The notes under the pieces are model-generated. The model made no database searches and had not been told where the DNA came from. It saw nothing but the letters and a program-made list of their open reading frames with translations. 64,000 nucleotides of DNA from Hydrolagus colliei (taxonomy: Eukaryota): the NCBI GenBank assembly GCA_035084275.1, contig CM068750.1:7688001-7752000 (forward strand). The letters are read 5' to 3'. This document shows positions 25,972 to 39,350 of the stretch, piece by piece. Each line of letters opens with the position of its first letter. Within the stretch, counting starts at the first letter, position 1. Position numbers and translations under genes: made by a program.

Positions 25972-26243
25972 TTAATCCTTGCATTTGATTTTGCACATTT
26001 CATTATCTTTTAGATGTCTACTTCACAGAATATACTGTAAAGTGAATTGACTTCATAAGTGTGGGTGAAATGTGGCAACCAATCGCATACAGCAGTGTCC
26101 CACAAACAATTAATCGTGGATTGAAATGACCAATTTGTTATCTTTTTTTTCTTGAGGGATTATAATCAGGTGTGTGGAGTATAGAAACTTGCCCACGGTT
26201 TTGCCCTTCGTGGAATCGTACCCATTTGTTTTGCTTGCAAGGT
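25972..26243 (-). mobile_element. SINE copy, same family
   Basis: taatccttgcatttga...cagcagtgtcccacaaac...gaaacttgccc...gcttgcaagg. Confidence 0.85.
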
Positions 26244-27189
26244 GTAATTACTAAAATTAAGTAGCAACACTCAGATTTAAAATGTGACTACAGTATTGCA
26301 AACCTGAGGTTACTACACTGATCATGATTTTTGTTTTTCAAAAGCACATTTTTCAACCTCATTCTGAAGTGTGCAGAATTCATCAGTTAAATATTAACCA
26401 AAGGTTCATTTCAACACTTTCCAATTGGAGTAATCTTTTATTTAAACAATCCAGGCAGAGTGAATCATAAGAAGATTTTGTCAGCACTTTCAGCAATAAA
26501 TACATGAAGCAATAGAAAGCTAACACGTGGAACTGCACGGCTGAATGTTCAAATTAGTTTGGGACACTGTGATTAGCAGTGACGAATGGCAAACATTTCA
26601 ACCTGCATTTCCACAACAAGAGTCAGTCACTGTCAAACTTTGTCACATGTGTGAAATGGACGTTCTCACTCTTCTGGTCAGTATATAAATAGAATGCAGC
26701 ACAGATACTCTTCCCTGGTAACAAGGATATTACCCAGGATGAGTGGCTGCAGACATCAATAAATATAAATATAAACACAGTGTATATACATCTATATATA
26801 TATACATATTTAAAAATTACACACTCACACATAATATATAAAATGTAATAAAACTTCACAATGATGCCAAATGTTGTATTTTATCACATCAATTTGACAG
26901 TTGATCAATTGCAAACTGGTTCCTTTTGTAGGAAATATCAAACTGAACAATGAACCAGAAGAGGAAACTAAAAGTCCATTTTAATTTTATCGGAGTCAGC
27001 AGCTGACCTATATGAATATAGGAGTTGTATTTGGTTGGAATCGAAAATAGAAAAGGCAAACAAGCCACAGAGAGAAAGAAATCTGTTAAAGTCCAAGGTC
27101 AGCAATGTCACTGGCAGACCACTGTATGTGCTAATATATTTGTTATGTTCATGCCATAAAATTGGCAGTTTGGAATCTGCAACCACATA

Positions 27190-28217
27190 CAGTAAAAGCC
27201 CGTTTATCCGGCACCCGATCAACTGTAACTTCCGTATAACTGGCATTGCAAAAAAAAGATCCAAATTCGATTAACCAGAATTTATCCGAAAAAATGCATT
27301 TTTTTTTTTTGACGGATGCACGCACGCACTCACTGACTGACGTAGCAGAAATGATTATACCTCATCTTACAGTTCCTGCTACAGTGGATAACCTCAATGT
27401 CTGTGTTCCTACATTCCGTGCTCACCAACTCTACTGTCAACCCATTCTGTGAGCTACACATTAATCTAGCAACATCTCCCTCATCCTGTCCCCTTCAAAC
27501 CTCAGCCTCTGTTCCTAACCACTTCCCTTCTCGACCTACAATGTGATCCAGACATTGGCTCATATGTGTGGATGTCGGACATCCTGCAGGGAGTCCACGT
27601 AGTGTTGCCAAACCTCTGGAGTGTAGAAAAATGCCAAAGAGAGAGAAAAAAAGTGTAATAGCTTCAATTGCCACCGTAAGGTTTCCACTATTACACACAC
27701 CATACACACCAGACTAAGTAATAACAGATAATAACAGAATATTATATGGGTACTTATTGTTAAAACTACTCTCTTGCGCTTCTCACCTTTACTGATTGAG
27801 GTTTACAGTCCAGCGATTCTTTTTTAAATGGAGCGGGTGAAAAAAACGGCAGCGCGATTTTAAAGTTGTGCGACTTTACTAGCTGCAAGCCGAAGCCCTA
27901 GACTCTGCTAGCGGCAAACCAAAATACTGCACCTGCGCGACAATGTGGGTTATCGACTAGCGTTATTGGCTTGCCGCTAGTATGACTAAATCTCAACTGC
28001 AGCATCATGGCTTCAAGCGCAGCATCTGCCAGCAAAGGTAAAAAGCACAAGAAAGTAGTTTTAACAATAAGTACCAATACAATATTCTATTATTATGTTA
28101 TTATTTATGCATTTACAAATGCTCCACTGCTATTGTTCCGGATAAGTTCCTTTTTTTGGCGTGCCGGTTATACGGAAGTGCCGGTGCATTGAGTCACAGA
28201 TAAACGGGCTTCTACTG
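27190..28217 (+). mobile_element. Non-autonomous Tigger/pogo-type (Tc1/mariner superfamily) DNA transposon, about 1.03 kb
   Basis: TA|CAGTAAAAGCCCGTTTATC ... GATAAACGGGCTTCTACTG|TA terminal inverted repeats with TA duplication. Internal ATG at 28007 gives MASSAASASKGKKHKKVVLTIS, like the KRKxVVLT start of Tigger/pogo transposases. Confidence 0.85.
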
Positions 28218-28219
28218 TA

Positions 28220-28591
28220 TAAAGGTATTGAGGGATGTGGGGCTAGGGTGGGTAAGAGGAATTAAGATACAAGGTTGAGTTCATTCATGGCTAACTAGAG
28301 TAGTTAGGGAAAGATAAAATTAAAAGAAAAGGCCCATAAAACTGCCAAAAAGAGCAGCAAACCTGAGGACTGGGAGTGTTTTAGAGATCAACAAAGAAAA
28401 CCAAAAAGGTCATTAAGAGTGAGAAAATGGATTATGAGGGCAAGCTAGCTAGGAACATTAAATCAGATTGTAAGAGTTTTTATAAATACATTGAGAGGAA
28501 TAGGCTAGCAAAACTAAATGTGGGTCCATTACAGGCAGAGACAGGAGGAATTATAATGGAGGATAAAGGTAAGGCAGAGTCCCTAAATAAA
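28220..28591 (+). mobile_element. CR1 LINE fragments: a 3'-end piece followed by an ORF2 endonuclease-RT linker piece
   Basis: Translates with frameshifts to WLTR..KEKAHKTAKKSSKPEDWECFRDQQR / DYEGKLARNIKSDCKSFYKYI..NVGPLQ.ETG.II..DK.KAE.LNKY, typical of CR1 ORF2. Confidence 0.85.
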
Positions 28592-28593
28592 TA

Positions 28594-28805
28594 CAGTAAA
28601 AGCCCGTTTATCCGGCACCCGATCAACCTTAACTTCCGTCTAACCGGCATTGCAAAAAAAAGGTCAGCATTCAATTAACTAGAATTTATCTGGAAAAATG
28701 CATTCAATTTTTTTATTTTTTTTGCATTTTCAGCCGAATATCTGGCAGGCGCTTTAACTGGCATTAGGCAGGTCCCGAGGGTGCCAGATAAATGGGCTTT
28801 TATTG
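28594..28805 (+). mobile_element. 212-bp MITE of the same Tigger-type family
   Basis: TA|CAGTAAAAGCCCGTTTATCCGGCAC ... GTGCCAGATAAATGGGCTTTTATTG|TA. The first ~110 nt closely match 27190-27300. Confidence 0.9.
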
Positions 28806-31800
28806 TACGTGGAGCAGTCTATGCCATTAATCTCCAAAGATTAAAATACGTAGCAAAAAAATTGCACAACAAATTCAAAAATAAGTCCACCAAACAGCTT
28901 TTTAACTGTTCAAAGTCATCACACTGAACTTTTAATTTCCAATTGGGACAAACAATAAATGACAATTCACATATTTGATGTAGGCTTCATTCAAATCAAA
29001 ACATTTCAAAATACTTCACAGGAATTTCCTCCAAGAGTGTAGCCATTGTGTATAATGTGACCACTATATACTGAGGGTGAAGTAGGTATATTTTCATGTT
29101 AATCTTTAATAAACCTTCAGACAGCCTGTCTATTTTTGCAATATTGAGACATGTTGGTGAAGCACCAAGCAGCAAGTTTGAAAATGCTGCAAACAGGTAG
29201 ACATTGTTGAGAGAAGAATAGCATTTGGTGTAAAAGCTTCTTGGGAGAGATTGATCAGATTTTAGTTGAATTTATGTTGTTTAAAAACAATGAGTTAAAA
29301 ACTACAGGGAGTCAAGTATCTGCCTGATCTCCAGCCAGCAGAAAGTTGGACCTCAATTGAAAAATGTTTTGATAAGTTTGAAACTTTTGAGGGTAAAAAA
29401 TGCACCTTGTAAAAATTATCACTCGCCACAGTTTAAAGTCTATTCTTGATTGACTCAGATGAAGTCTATGAACCAAACACAATATTTACAGCAAAAAAGT
29501 AAAATCCAGTTTAGAAAGAAATTACACTAAAAAGGAATTTGCTGCTTTCCCTCCAATTGTAAACCATGATATTGGTAAACTACCGAGAGGTTCATTCACT
29601 GCTGAGTGCTACATACTCCCACCAAATAAATCTTTCCATGCAATTCCATACAGTTTTATTGCATAATAGTAGGAATGAGCGTCTTTGCAAAATATGCTCC
29701 TGTTAATTTATGGCGTCCATGTTAAAGAAAGACAAGTAGTAAAATCCAAACCACATGTCACACATCATACAATTGGAGGCAGATTTGATGCATAGGAAGA
29801 TCATGAGCAGCAGATAATTTCATAAACTAGACAAGCAAGTCCTATTTCAGACTGGATTTGCTAGGTTGGGACTGACCTTTTATTATTCATTTTAATCTGA
29901 GCTGACAGTGAAATGGGAAAACACAATCTTTGTTGTGTGTCAAAATAATGCTGATCTGAATCAGATTCCCAGGTGATCTGGGGTTATTTTTCTCTCAGTC
30001 TAACAAGAGCTGCAGGCTGGCATATGGTTGACAGGACCTTAGATTTGGTTCAAGAAGACATGACCTTCAAGGGCCCTAAGGGGTAAAGTTAAACAGCCTG
30101 ATGAAATGTTCATTAACATGCATAATTTCTGTGAAATGGCTACCTTGTTCTGGTATATTGGTCTGACACATAAGATTTCCAGAGTTGTGTTTCTCCCCCA
30201 CCACCCACCCACTTCATCTTACAGGGAGGTCATGAATAATACGTCAATGAGAATATTTATGAACCTTCATTAAAAAGCCAAATCTTCCAGGGAAGAGCAG
30301 TGCTCATCAATGGGAAAACGGATTTGGGTGTTCTTAACATCTTGTGTCAAAGTGGTTTAAGTGTCTTAATCTTCTGGTGGTGCTCCATAACATAGTCCTG
30401 ATATAATCTACTGGTAAGTTGTTGCAAGGCACGTTGGTGGCAAATGTACTGAGTAGTTATAGAGGAGATGACTATGACTATATAATAAGCATGACTATGT
30501 AATGAGGTGTTAAATGGTGGACAGCTAGCCACACACAAACACCCAAAACAAATCACAAATTACACTTTCTCTGCAATCCCAGAATGATTCAATCAAGAAG
30601 TAAAAATCTCCCTCAACAATGAAAACAGGAATCTATTCATAATTTTTATTTTAAGAAGAATTTGTACAAAAAAGCTAAATGGCGTTGGTTTCTTGGCCAC
30701 AGTCGTCTGTGTTCACTAACTCACGACAGTGATCCATGACTAACAGCACTGACAGTGTTACATTTATAGCACCAGAGTAGCAAAGAACCCACCAAAGAAC
30801 CCATGTAGGTATGGTTTCATAATGGCATGGAGTTCATTTCTAGTGACAAGGTTCTAAAGTCAATGGCAAACTGTACTTACACACACAAAAAAGTGCACTT
30901 TATACTAGTACAAAAAGCACCGGTGTTAGCTTAAGGAGTCCGATGATTTCCCTGTTCCCTGTAGCCTTTCCCTGAGACATCTGAGACTTAAGACGCCTCA
31001 TGCTCTTAACTTTAGAATGTTAGAATCATTATAACATTTAAGATTTTGCAGAATTTTAGATGAAAAAAACTCTTAAAATTCCATACAATCCATAAATTTG
31101 CAGACTGTAGCCTTCAGGCTAAAAAGCTGAGAAATGTTAGGCCTCTGGAGTTTTCAAATACTAAATTCCATTGCAAACATAATGCAAAAGGCTGAATGTG
31201 ACCTTTTGATAACACTGAAAATAAAACAACCTTCCATTTTGACTTGTCAAAGCCGCTATGACCACAGCAATTTACATTTATTCAGTACTGTTCACTTCAA
31301 GAGGACATCAAAAGAGTGGCTCATTATACATTTTAGAAAAGGAATTGGTTTCGCCCACAAAGTATGACTATCATAGAATCTTACAGCACAGAAGGAGGCC
31401 ATTCAGCCCACCATGTCTGTCCTAGCTGTCCAAATCAATCCGTCTCTCCCGCTCTCTTAAGTGTCCTCTTAATCTTCTCATCTTTAAGGTGAATAACGCA
31501 CACCTTTCTGAACTTAAAAGAAAGCCAAGAAGACAGTCATTCACTACAATTATCAGAAAACAATGAACCCAATAATATTAAGAGTTCTTTCTTTCGAGTA
31601 GCGGGCAGGAGCAAGAAAAGGTAACCAGTTACATTTGGTAAAAGAGCAAGTCATTCTGCGATTGCTATCACTGCAGCAATTGCTGATCCATTTTGCTCCA
31701 GGGTGTAGTCTAGCAGGTGTAGTCTAGTTATTTTAATGTTTATAGATATAAAATAGTGTCTAATTTAGCCTGGAGTTCAACATCTGCCATGAAAACATTC

Positions 31801-33520
31801 TTTGGATCAACGTTTGAGAAAAAAAAGAGAAACTATTAACAGCTTAATTGTCATCTGATGAGGGACACGAATACCTCCGACAGGCGTGCTTGATAAACGA
31901 GGTGGTGCAAAATCCAAGGCCTGTTGCCACACGCTCCATCCAGCTGGGAGGTAAACCGAGAGATTTTATTTAATTGCAATAATTGAGAAAATGAAAATTA
32001 ATGCAAACGTTCACGGTCCAATGCTGATCAGAACCCAAGTGTAAATATTTGGATTCAGTTTTTCGTCTTCGTGGGCAAGAATGCTGAATCTGTTGTGAAA
32101 TGTGTACGGGTTGGAAGGAGAAGTTAAACTGACTGCATCGTGAAGTATAATGGATAGGTTTGTTTGTTCATATTTCAATCTGAGAATATTTTGAAGGATA
32201 TGGTGGTGAGGGTCGTGGGTTGGTGGGGGCGGTGGGGGAGGAGAAGGGAAACAGAAACTAGGTTGCAACCCTTTGGTTTGATGTCTAAGGCATACAGTAG
32301 CAGCTTGTTTGTTTGCTGTTGCCATAGATTCCTGTAAAGATAATTATAGCAGATGATGGATGCCGGGAAATGTAACATCTCACTCTATATTTATTTTACA
32401 TCAATAAAATGTACAAGGCAAATTTCTGTTCCACATTAACATCTTGGGAAACCCAACTGGAGATCTGAAGGGTGAGCAACATAGCGCATTTAGAGATCAA
32501 ATTAATTTGACCTACGGTATGTGAACGACTGCAGAAAATGCCATCGCTCATGTGGTTACTGCAAAAGTGCTCAGTGTGTGAACATCATAAAGAAGACACT
32601 CAAAGAAATATTCAAAGAAAATGCGGCTGAGCCCTTTCAAAGACTTGCACATATGTAGGTTGTAAAGAAAAATGTGAAACATCATGGATCAAAATGCGCA
32701 GTGCTAAAAGTATTTTATTATCTTAACAGCAGGCTGTGGGAAATAATTTAAAAGTCAGCTGCGTATATACAAGCCCCGGAAAACAAATATAAAAAAACAT
32801 TTAAAACACATTTACAGGAGAAAAGGTTACTTCAATATTTTCAATTCCCCAGATTTTGCATAGGCAAAAAAACATAAGACAAAAGTAATTGAAATACCAT
32901 CCCCTCAAAAAAACTCAACATAAGATTGGGTCTGCTGGGAACCTGAAGAACTAAGGCATTCAGTAATAAATTATTATGCGTCAAACTGGAGTCTGGAGAC
33001 TGATTGCTTTCTAGAGGTCAGTGTGAATAACTAAATGTAGCTACCTATCCTCTGTGTAAATGCTGTATTGTGTTGTGCTTCAGGAGCAATACAAGAAGCA
33101 CACAGCACAAAAATGGCCTATTGCCACCATATTTTAGATGGACTTTCTTTCAACAGTGTGACTTTTGAATGATAACAACAACAAGAACAACAAAATTTGA
33201 CTTGTATAGCACTTTTCAAGTCAGGAGGATGTCCCAAGGCGCTGGACGGTTACTGCTTCAGTAACAACAACTTGCGTTGCCCTTCACACCAAGCGGCATC
33301 TTAGAACATTCTAATCAAATTAAGTTACTCAACAGGAAATGTACATCAGCAGATGATCACCCTGGCGAATTTGTTCCAGCGGCACAAAATAGGACCATTT
33401 GTTTGCTGGTGTATTGCACACACCAAAGTCCCAGGCCTGATCTCTGGCCTGTGTCAAGTTGCCTGATCTCAGGTAGGTAATCCTGGGCCATCAAAATTAG
33501 CATCCGTGCCTATTGAATTC

Positions 33521-33578
33521 GGGGTGGCAGGGAGTGGGGGGAAGGGGGTTGGTGGGGGGCGGAGGAAGGGGGAAAGGG
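33521..33578 (+). repeat. G-run tract (G-quadruplex-capable). Also G16 at 10297-10312 and a G-rich tract at 32200-32250
   Basis: ggggtggcagggagtggggggaagggggttggtggggggcggaggaagggggaaaggg has more than four G3+ runs with short loops. Confidence 0.6.
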
Positions 33579-36500
33579 AAAAGCAATCAGTGAGGTTATG
33601 GCCCTGCATCACTGTTCAATGACCATTGCTGGCATAAGAGAGAGAAAGACAAAGAATCAAATAGCAACACCATATTTGTATCCATGTACATGCATTTTCC
33701 AGCAGCAGTTACTGGCTAGCAAGCAGGAATTGGATATGTAACAGATATTTCCTTTCATTACTTGGGACAGTTCTAGTGTTCGTAGTGTTTCCCCAATTGG
33801 GAATCAAAAATTCACTAAGCATCCTGAATCAACAAATTGACCACAGACCTGTTCAAAACCACAAGCTGCTCAGATCTGTGAAGCTGTTTTTTTTACACCA
33901 CACAGTGGCTTTGAAAGCAACACAGAGGTATTCATTTACACATTTATATCCAAGAGACACCCATCTACAAAATGTATTTAGCAAATTCATTTGGTGGGAG
34001 GGGGGTGGCGGTTTAAGGCAACAGACGTCATTTGTGTCACAAATTTACGTCACTTGTTTACATCCAACACCAACACAATAACAAAATCACATTTCTAGAG
34101 CGCCTTTCACGTTGGGAGGACGTCCCAAGGCACTGCGAAATGACAGTTTGTTCAATAGAATACCCTCCCCCTCTCCATTGCCCTTCAAAACTTCTTTAAG
34201 CATTGAAATTAAAACAAATATCCAGATTATTACTTGCAGACTTAAAGCGCTCCTCAATTTTTTTTGACAAGTCACCAGCAGTTTAATAACTAAGCTTTTA
34301 AGTCCATGGCTGAGTGTTCCAATATTAGTAATGCAGATCATGCTGCCACCTGTTGACTGTTTTAAAAACTTACCAAACCTTCATGGTCGCAAGCCTTCCT
34401 CTGCAAACAGTCATACAGTAAAATCCCTGCACAGCTTTGTGTTTGCAGTACAATATCTGTCAAATCTTGCGTCATTCTTATTGGAGCCCATCTGTTTGCT
34501 TTGCTGTTTGGCATCACGTTTCATGAGAGACCAACTTTCCACAAACATTCAATAGTTAGCACATCAAAGGTCACATTTTTCACAAGATTGAGTCACTGCA
34601 CTCTATGGTAAATTCAAGAGAAGTTTTGACATAAGTCACTACATGAAACACATTATTCTAAAATATTTTCATTGATAGGTTTTTAAATAGTGTAGCCCAA
34701 TTTTGGAAGAAAACATTTACTGGCAGGTGTCAATTGGCAGCTTAATGGTTACAAATCAGCACCTTGCTGATATCCGATCAACCACAGCAGCCACTTGACT
34801 GCCTCGAGAAGCACAATTGAGCTGCTCAGGGAAAAGCAAAGTACAGTACAACTAATATACACTGTGCCAACAATCATGAGCTGCACAAGAACAAAATTCG
34901 CTCATGCCAGCACAGAGTTAGGCCCTTGGCTTGTGAAAGGATGTGATGAATGTCTACTTTGTTTGTCATTATTACTTAATTAAATGCTTCTATTTAAAAA
35001 AAACACAGAATAAATTGAACTCAACAAACATTATTTAGTGTGAACCAGCGCTCTGTGTTACGTTGCTGGAAAATAGATGCCTGTAATTAAATTGAGAATA
35101 TACTGAAATAGAAAGAGCAATTTACAGTTTGATTGGCCACAAAAACAATGAATAACTTGTTCCTTTCCCTCTCACTGTATCAAATCCGCTTATTTAAGTT
35201 TGCCCATCTCTGTAGGGTTTTAAAACATGTGCCACAAAGTAACAGTGATTCTTTTGGGGGTCTAAATTGCACGAAACACCATTTTATACCTGTGTTGAGA
35301 CTTGGGAGCTCAAAAATTCTCAAACTTACAGGCAAAGGCATTTTACTAAATCTTTGTTTGGAAAGTGCACACTGCATTACCCCTAGTAGAATACACTAAC
35401 AAAGAATATACTAATGAAACATGTCCATCCACTTTAAGGGATTTTACTGTAAAGTCTAGTGACTATATTTCTAGGCAAACAACGCAGCTAATTTGTCATA
35501 CAAGAGTAACAGAGTAACCACAGATATTTTGATGCCCAAATACTGTGGGACGTTTGGGAGGCAATACAATGGACATTCCAGGGAATGTCGAAGACCAAGA
35601 TCTGGCAATAACGTAAGAGTTCAACATTGCTGAAATGAAAAACAAATCTTGACTTCTTTCACGGTTCAGTTTTATCAGATTATGGTTTGCAATCTGTCTT
35701 CATAACACACTACACCACTGTACAATTAAAGGTTTCATTTTATAAACATTGCCAGGGTTTTAAATGTAGGAGTTACTGGAATGCTTGCACTTAGCATTTT
35801 CCTGCCAATTAATAAATCAACACGTTCCGATATCATCTCCAGTAAATGCCCAACAGGATAGTCCATTCCTCATCAGTATCCCAACTTCTAAGAAGTTAGT
35901 TCTGCCAGACTAGGTTGGGTGTTCAGCCCATCACATGGTTTGGCAATGGATGACACAAGCGTTGAGATTTTTATGCTTTTGTGGCTGAGCAAAATAGTCT
36001 CGCAATCAAAAGGCACAACATGCTTGAGTTGTTTCAGACAGGGAAAGAGATTAGGTCAACAGCGCACATTTCATTATAACTTTGCATGAAGAAAAACAAA
36101 GATGTTCCTGGCTCAGATTCCGGTTATGAAGTTTGGCTAAAAGGAAATGTTGATTATTCTCTTCAGAAACAGGATAGTCCTTTAGTTGGGGGTGGGGGGG
36201 AAATTGCTTCTTGGCAGGTTTCTCTTCGTTCCTGATAGAATGGGGGTGGTCAATCTAGCAGATTATCACATGCAGGATAAAGAGTGATTAGCCACTGGCC
36301 AGTCAAAACATATTCCAAGGCATCGGATAAGAAGGGCAGGGTTGGAGATGCGTAGGGAGTTGGGAGAGTTTAAATGGGTCAAGAGTAGTTTTCTGAGGAG
36401 TAAGGTGTTGATGGGGGTTTTGAAAGCGAGGGAGATAAGTGTTGCAAGATGAAGAAAGCTGTCAGCAAGTATGGGGCATCTGTGATGTTGGGGAGGATCG

Positions 36501-39214
36501 AAGGAATAGGTAGCAGGGATTTCATGTGGGATATTTGGATGGAGAGGGCGAGACAGGGGCATGGGTGCAGTGTACTGACATGGGGAGGGGATCAAGGAGG
36601 AATCCTGGGGTGGATTTTGTTGACTTTTCTTCAAGCTGGATGTGAAACTCTTTCAGCAATTTGCAGTAAATACATTTGCAGTAATGAACACTAGTTCGAG
36701 ATCAGACCCTCCAGTGGCCTCCACTCACACAGCTCCCTCAATAACACTGCGAAATAAGTAACATTTCCAATTGTATGCAAACATTGAATCATTTATTTTG
36801 AAATCAATCAAGCAATATAAAAAGAAAAGCCAACTTTTTTTTCTGCAGAATTATACAACACGACATTTACTGAGGTACCGGACAGACACCGTACAAAAGG
36901 AAATATTGTTTCAGAGTAATATTTGGTCACATATACTTTAATTTATGACCCCAATAGATTATAGAAACACTCCAGAAGATTCAGGGAGTCATTGCTTTGC
37001 AATGTAACGCACAATACTGGACTTAGAAGTGCTTTAACTCATCATTCATTCAATTGACAGATGGAGAAACAAAAGCAGGGGTCTGCATTTCAAATGCATT
37101 TCAACCCCCCCAAAAAAAATGCTGCTTGGTTAAATATAAGATCTGATAAATCATCCTATTCTCGTAGGAAGGGCTCGGAGCTCACTGAAAAAACGTAAGC
37201 TCTGCGTGCAGAAAGCTGCTCACATTGAACTGTGGTGATGCTGGTATGGCACAGTCCATTACAGCACTAGTTCGCAATGCCCCAGGACATTGAGCATTTG
37301 CTGGCGATTTTCCACATGGCAGGTTTGCAACCATTAGGACAAAATGATGAGCAGAAGTCAGGCATTTCTGCCCACCACACACATAATATCAGAGCCCAAA
37401 TACTCTCATGCAATTCCCAGCAGCTGGCGGAAGGCTGGAGAACATAGTGCAAAGGAGGAGAGAATAAAAATGACAAGCATTGATCGAGCATTCACTTACA
37501 CAGAGAGGTAGGTCCCTGTGTGTATTACCCTTAACTGCTCCCATCCTCCCCACCTTGTGATTGCAGAGCAGCATAGGACAAGGTGAACATTCACAACAGA
37601 AACATAAAAAGAAACCCTAAAGCATTAAGTGTTAAGAAGATGAGGAGTCAAAAGCTTCCAATAAATCTGGGAGCTGGGTTTAAAACTCCTCCCAACATGA
37701 AAGGTGTTATATAACTGCAAGTTGCTGCTGTTGTTGTTGTTGAAAGGAAGCATCAAAAAAAAGAAAATTGCGGCCGTCATTTTAGAACAAAATATTAGTT
37801 CAGAGACATTTCTGTCCTGAAATGAATCAAAATACCACAAGGCATCTTTGCATTAGTGCCAAGGGTGTATATGTTGGACCTGGAAGAAAGTAGTTGTGTG
37901 TATCCGTGGGAGTGAAGCTTGGCAATGGGAAAGATGCAATTGAATCACAAGATGGTCTGATTCAGGCACTAACTGAAATCTCAATGGAAAATGAAGTGGT
38001 AGTAGAAAGTAATAAAATCTAATAAACTTGCATATATATGTACAGTATATATATATGTATAGAATATATATTTTATATAGTTCTAAGTGATTGGACACTG
38101 AATTATTTTCATATAGATCATATATTGAAAAAGTACTCAATGCCTTCATGCACTGTCATTTCATTTGTGGAAAAAAAGGCTTGACCTCTATTATAGTAAC
38201 ACTGACATAATTAAATAAAACATGGATTCAATTAATATTAAAAGATTCTTTGCAAAGCTATCACTTGCCAGATTTGTTTTTAAAAAATGCAATGCAACTC
38301 CATCTGAGAGGGATTTCCTCAGCAATTAGGCTGATTATGAATCAGCTGCATTAAAATGAAATGAAGACCAACAGAGGTAGCAATTTAGGAACAATTTTTT
38401 TCCTTTGATATTCTGAGAAGGACTAATTGAGCAAAAGCCTGTTGCAATTGTGGGTCATAATGGGATACAGGCTGAGCAACACCCTGCCCCCCACAAGCCC
38501 CATCATAGGAGTCCTGTGAACCTGTTGCTTTGCAGCTTAAATGCCACTGAGAAGCACACAAACTTGTATTAAAGTGAAATGCAGAAGGTTTGGCTTTATT
38601 GCTATTAACCCATACCCAGGGCAGAATTGGCAAGATAGCTAAAATCCATTGGATAACTCCAGTTTGGACAATGTGATCAATCCCTTGGTATTATGTAACT
38701 ATTATCCCTAGAACATAAAGACAGAACTAACATTATTGAACAAAGGTTTATGAATGATAACCAACGTCTGGCTATCATTAATACATCTAACCTCAGTATC
38801 TAACCTTGGGGAATTATCCACATGTGACTTGAACAAAAGATAAAAAGATTTAGCTGCATTGACTTTGCATTCCACTAAAAATGGGGAAATGGATATCAAT
38901 AACATCAAAGGTTCTTCCTGACTAAAGTCTTACATGCACTTACAAAGGTAGATTCTCTTTATTATATTATCATGTGGAATGGATAAAAGGCAATTCAGAT
39001 GAAGAAAGCCCTTCAACCCAGTTCCCATTCTTTCCACTATACCAACACTGCAGCCTTCACATTACAATAGCAAAGTTTTTCTAAATGTGTTCAGTGTTCT
39101 GGTCTCACTCACCCTTCCTTATAACTCATTCCAGATATTGATGACTCTCGTTGTAAAGAAATACTTGCTCAGCTGCCCTCAATGGTCTTGTCTTGTGTCT
39201 AAAACCACCAAATC

Positions 39215-39350
39215 ATTACAGACCAGGAAGTTGCTGGTTTGATTCCTGGTTTATCTTGAGTTAACTGATTTCAGGATGTGGCACTAAAATTGGTCACAGA
39301 GGACCTGGGTTAGGTAGGGAAAATCAGCCAGTGTTCATTCTCCTGGTTGC
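39215..39350 (+). mobile_element. Old SINE-like repeat of a second family; related copies at about 1455-1650 and 33400-33640
   Basis: The three loci share a decayed motif order: cagaccaggaag..tgattcctgg..tgagttaactgatttcag..aaaattgg..ggg..aaaatcagccag. Resembles the UCON3-type SINE from memory only. Confidence 0.45.
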
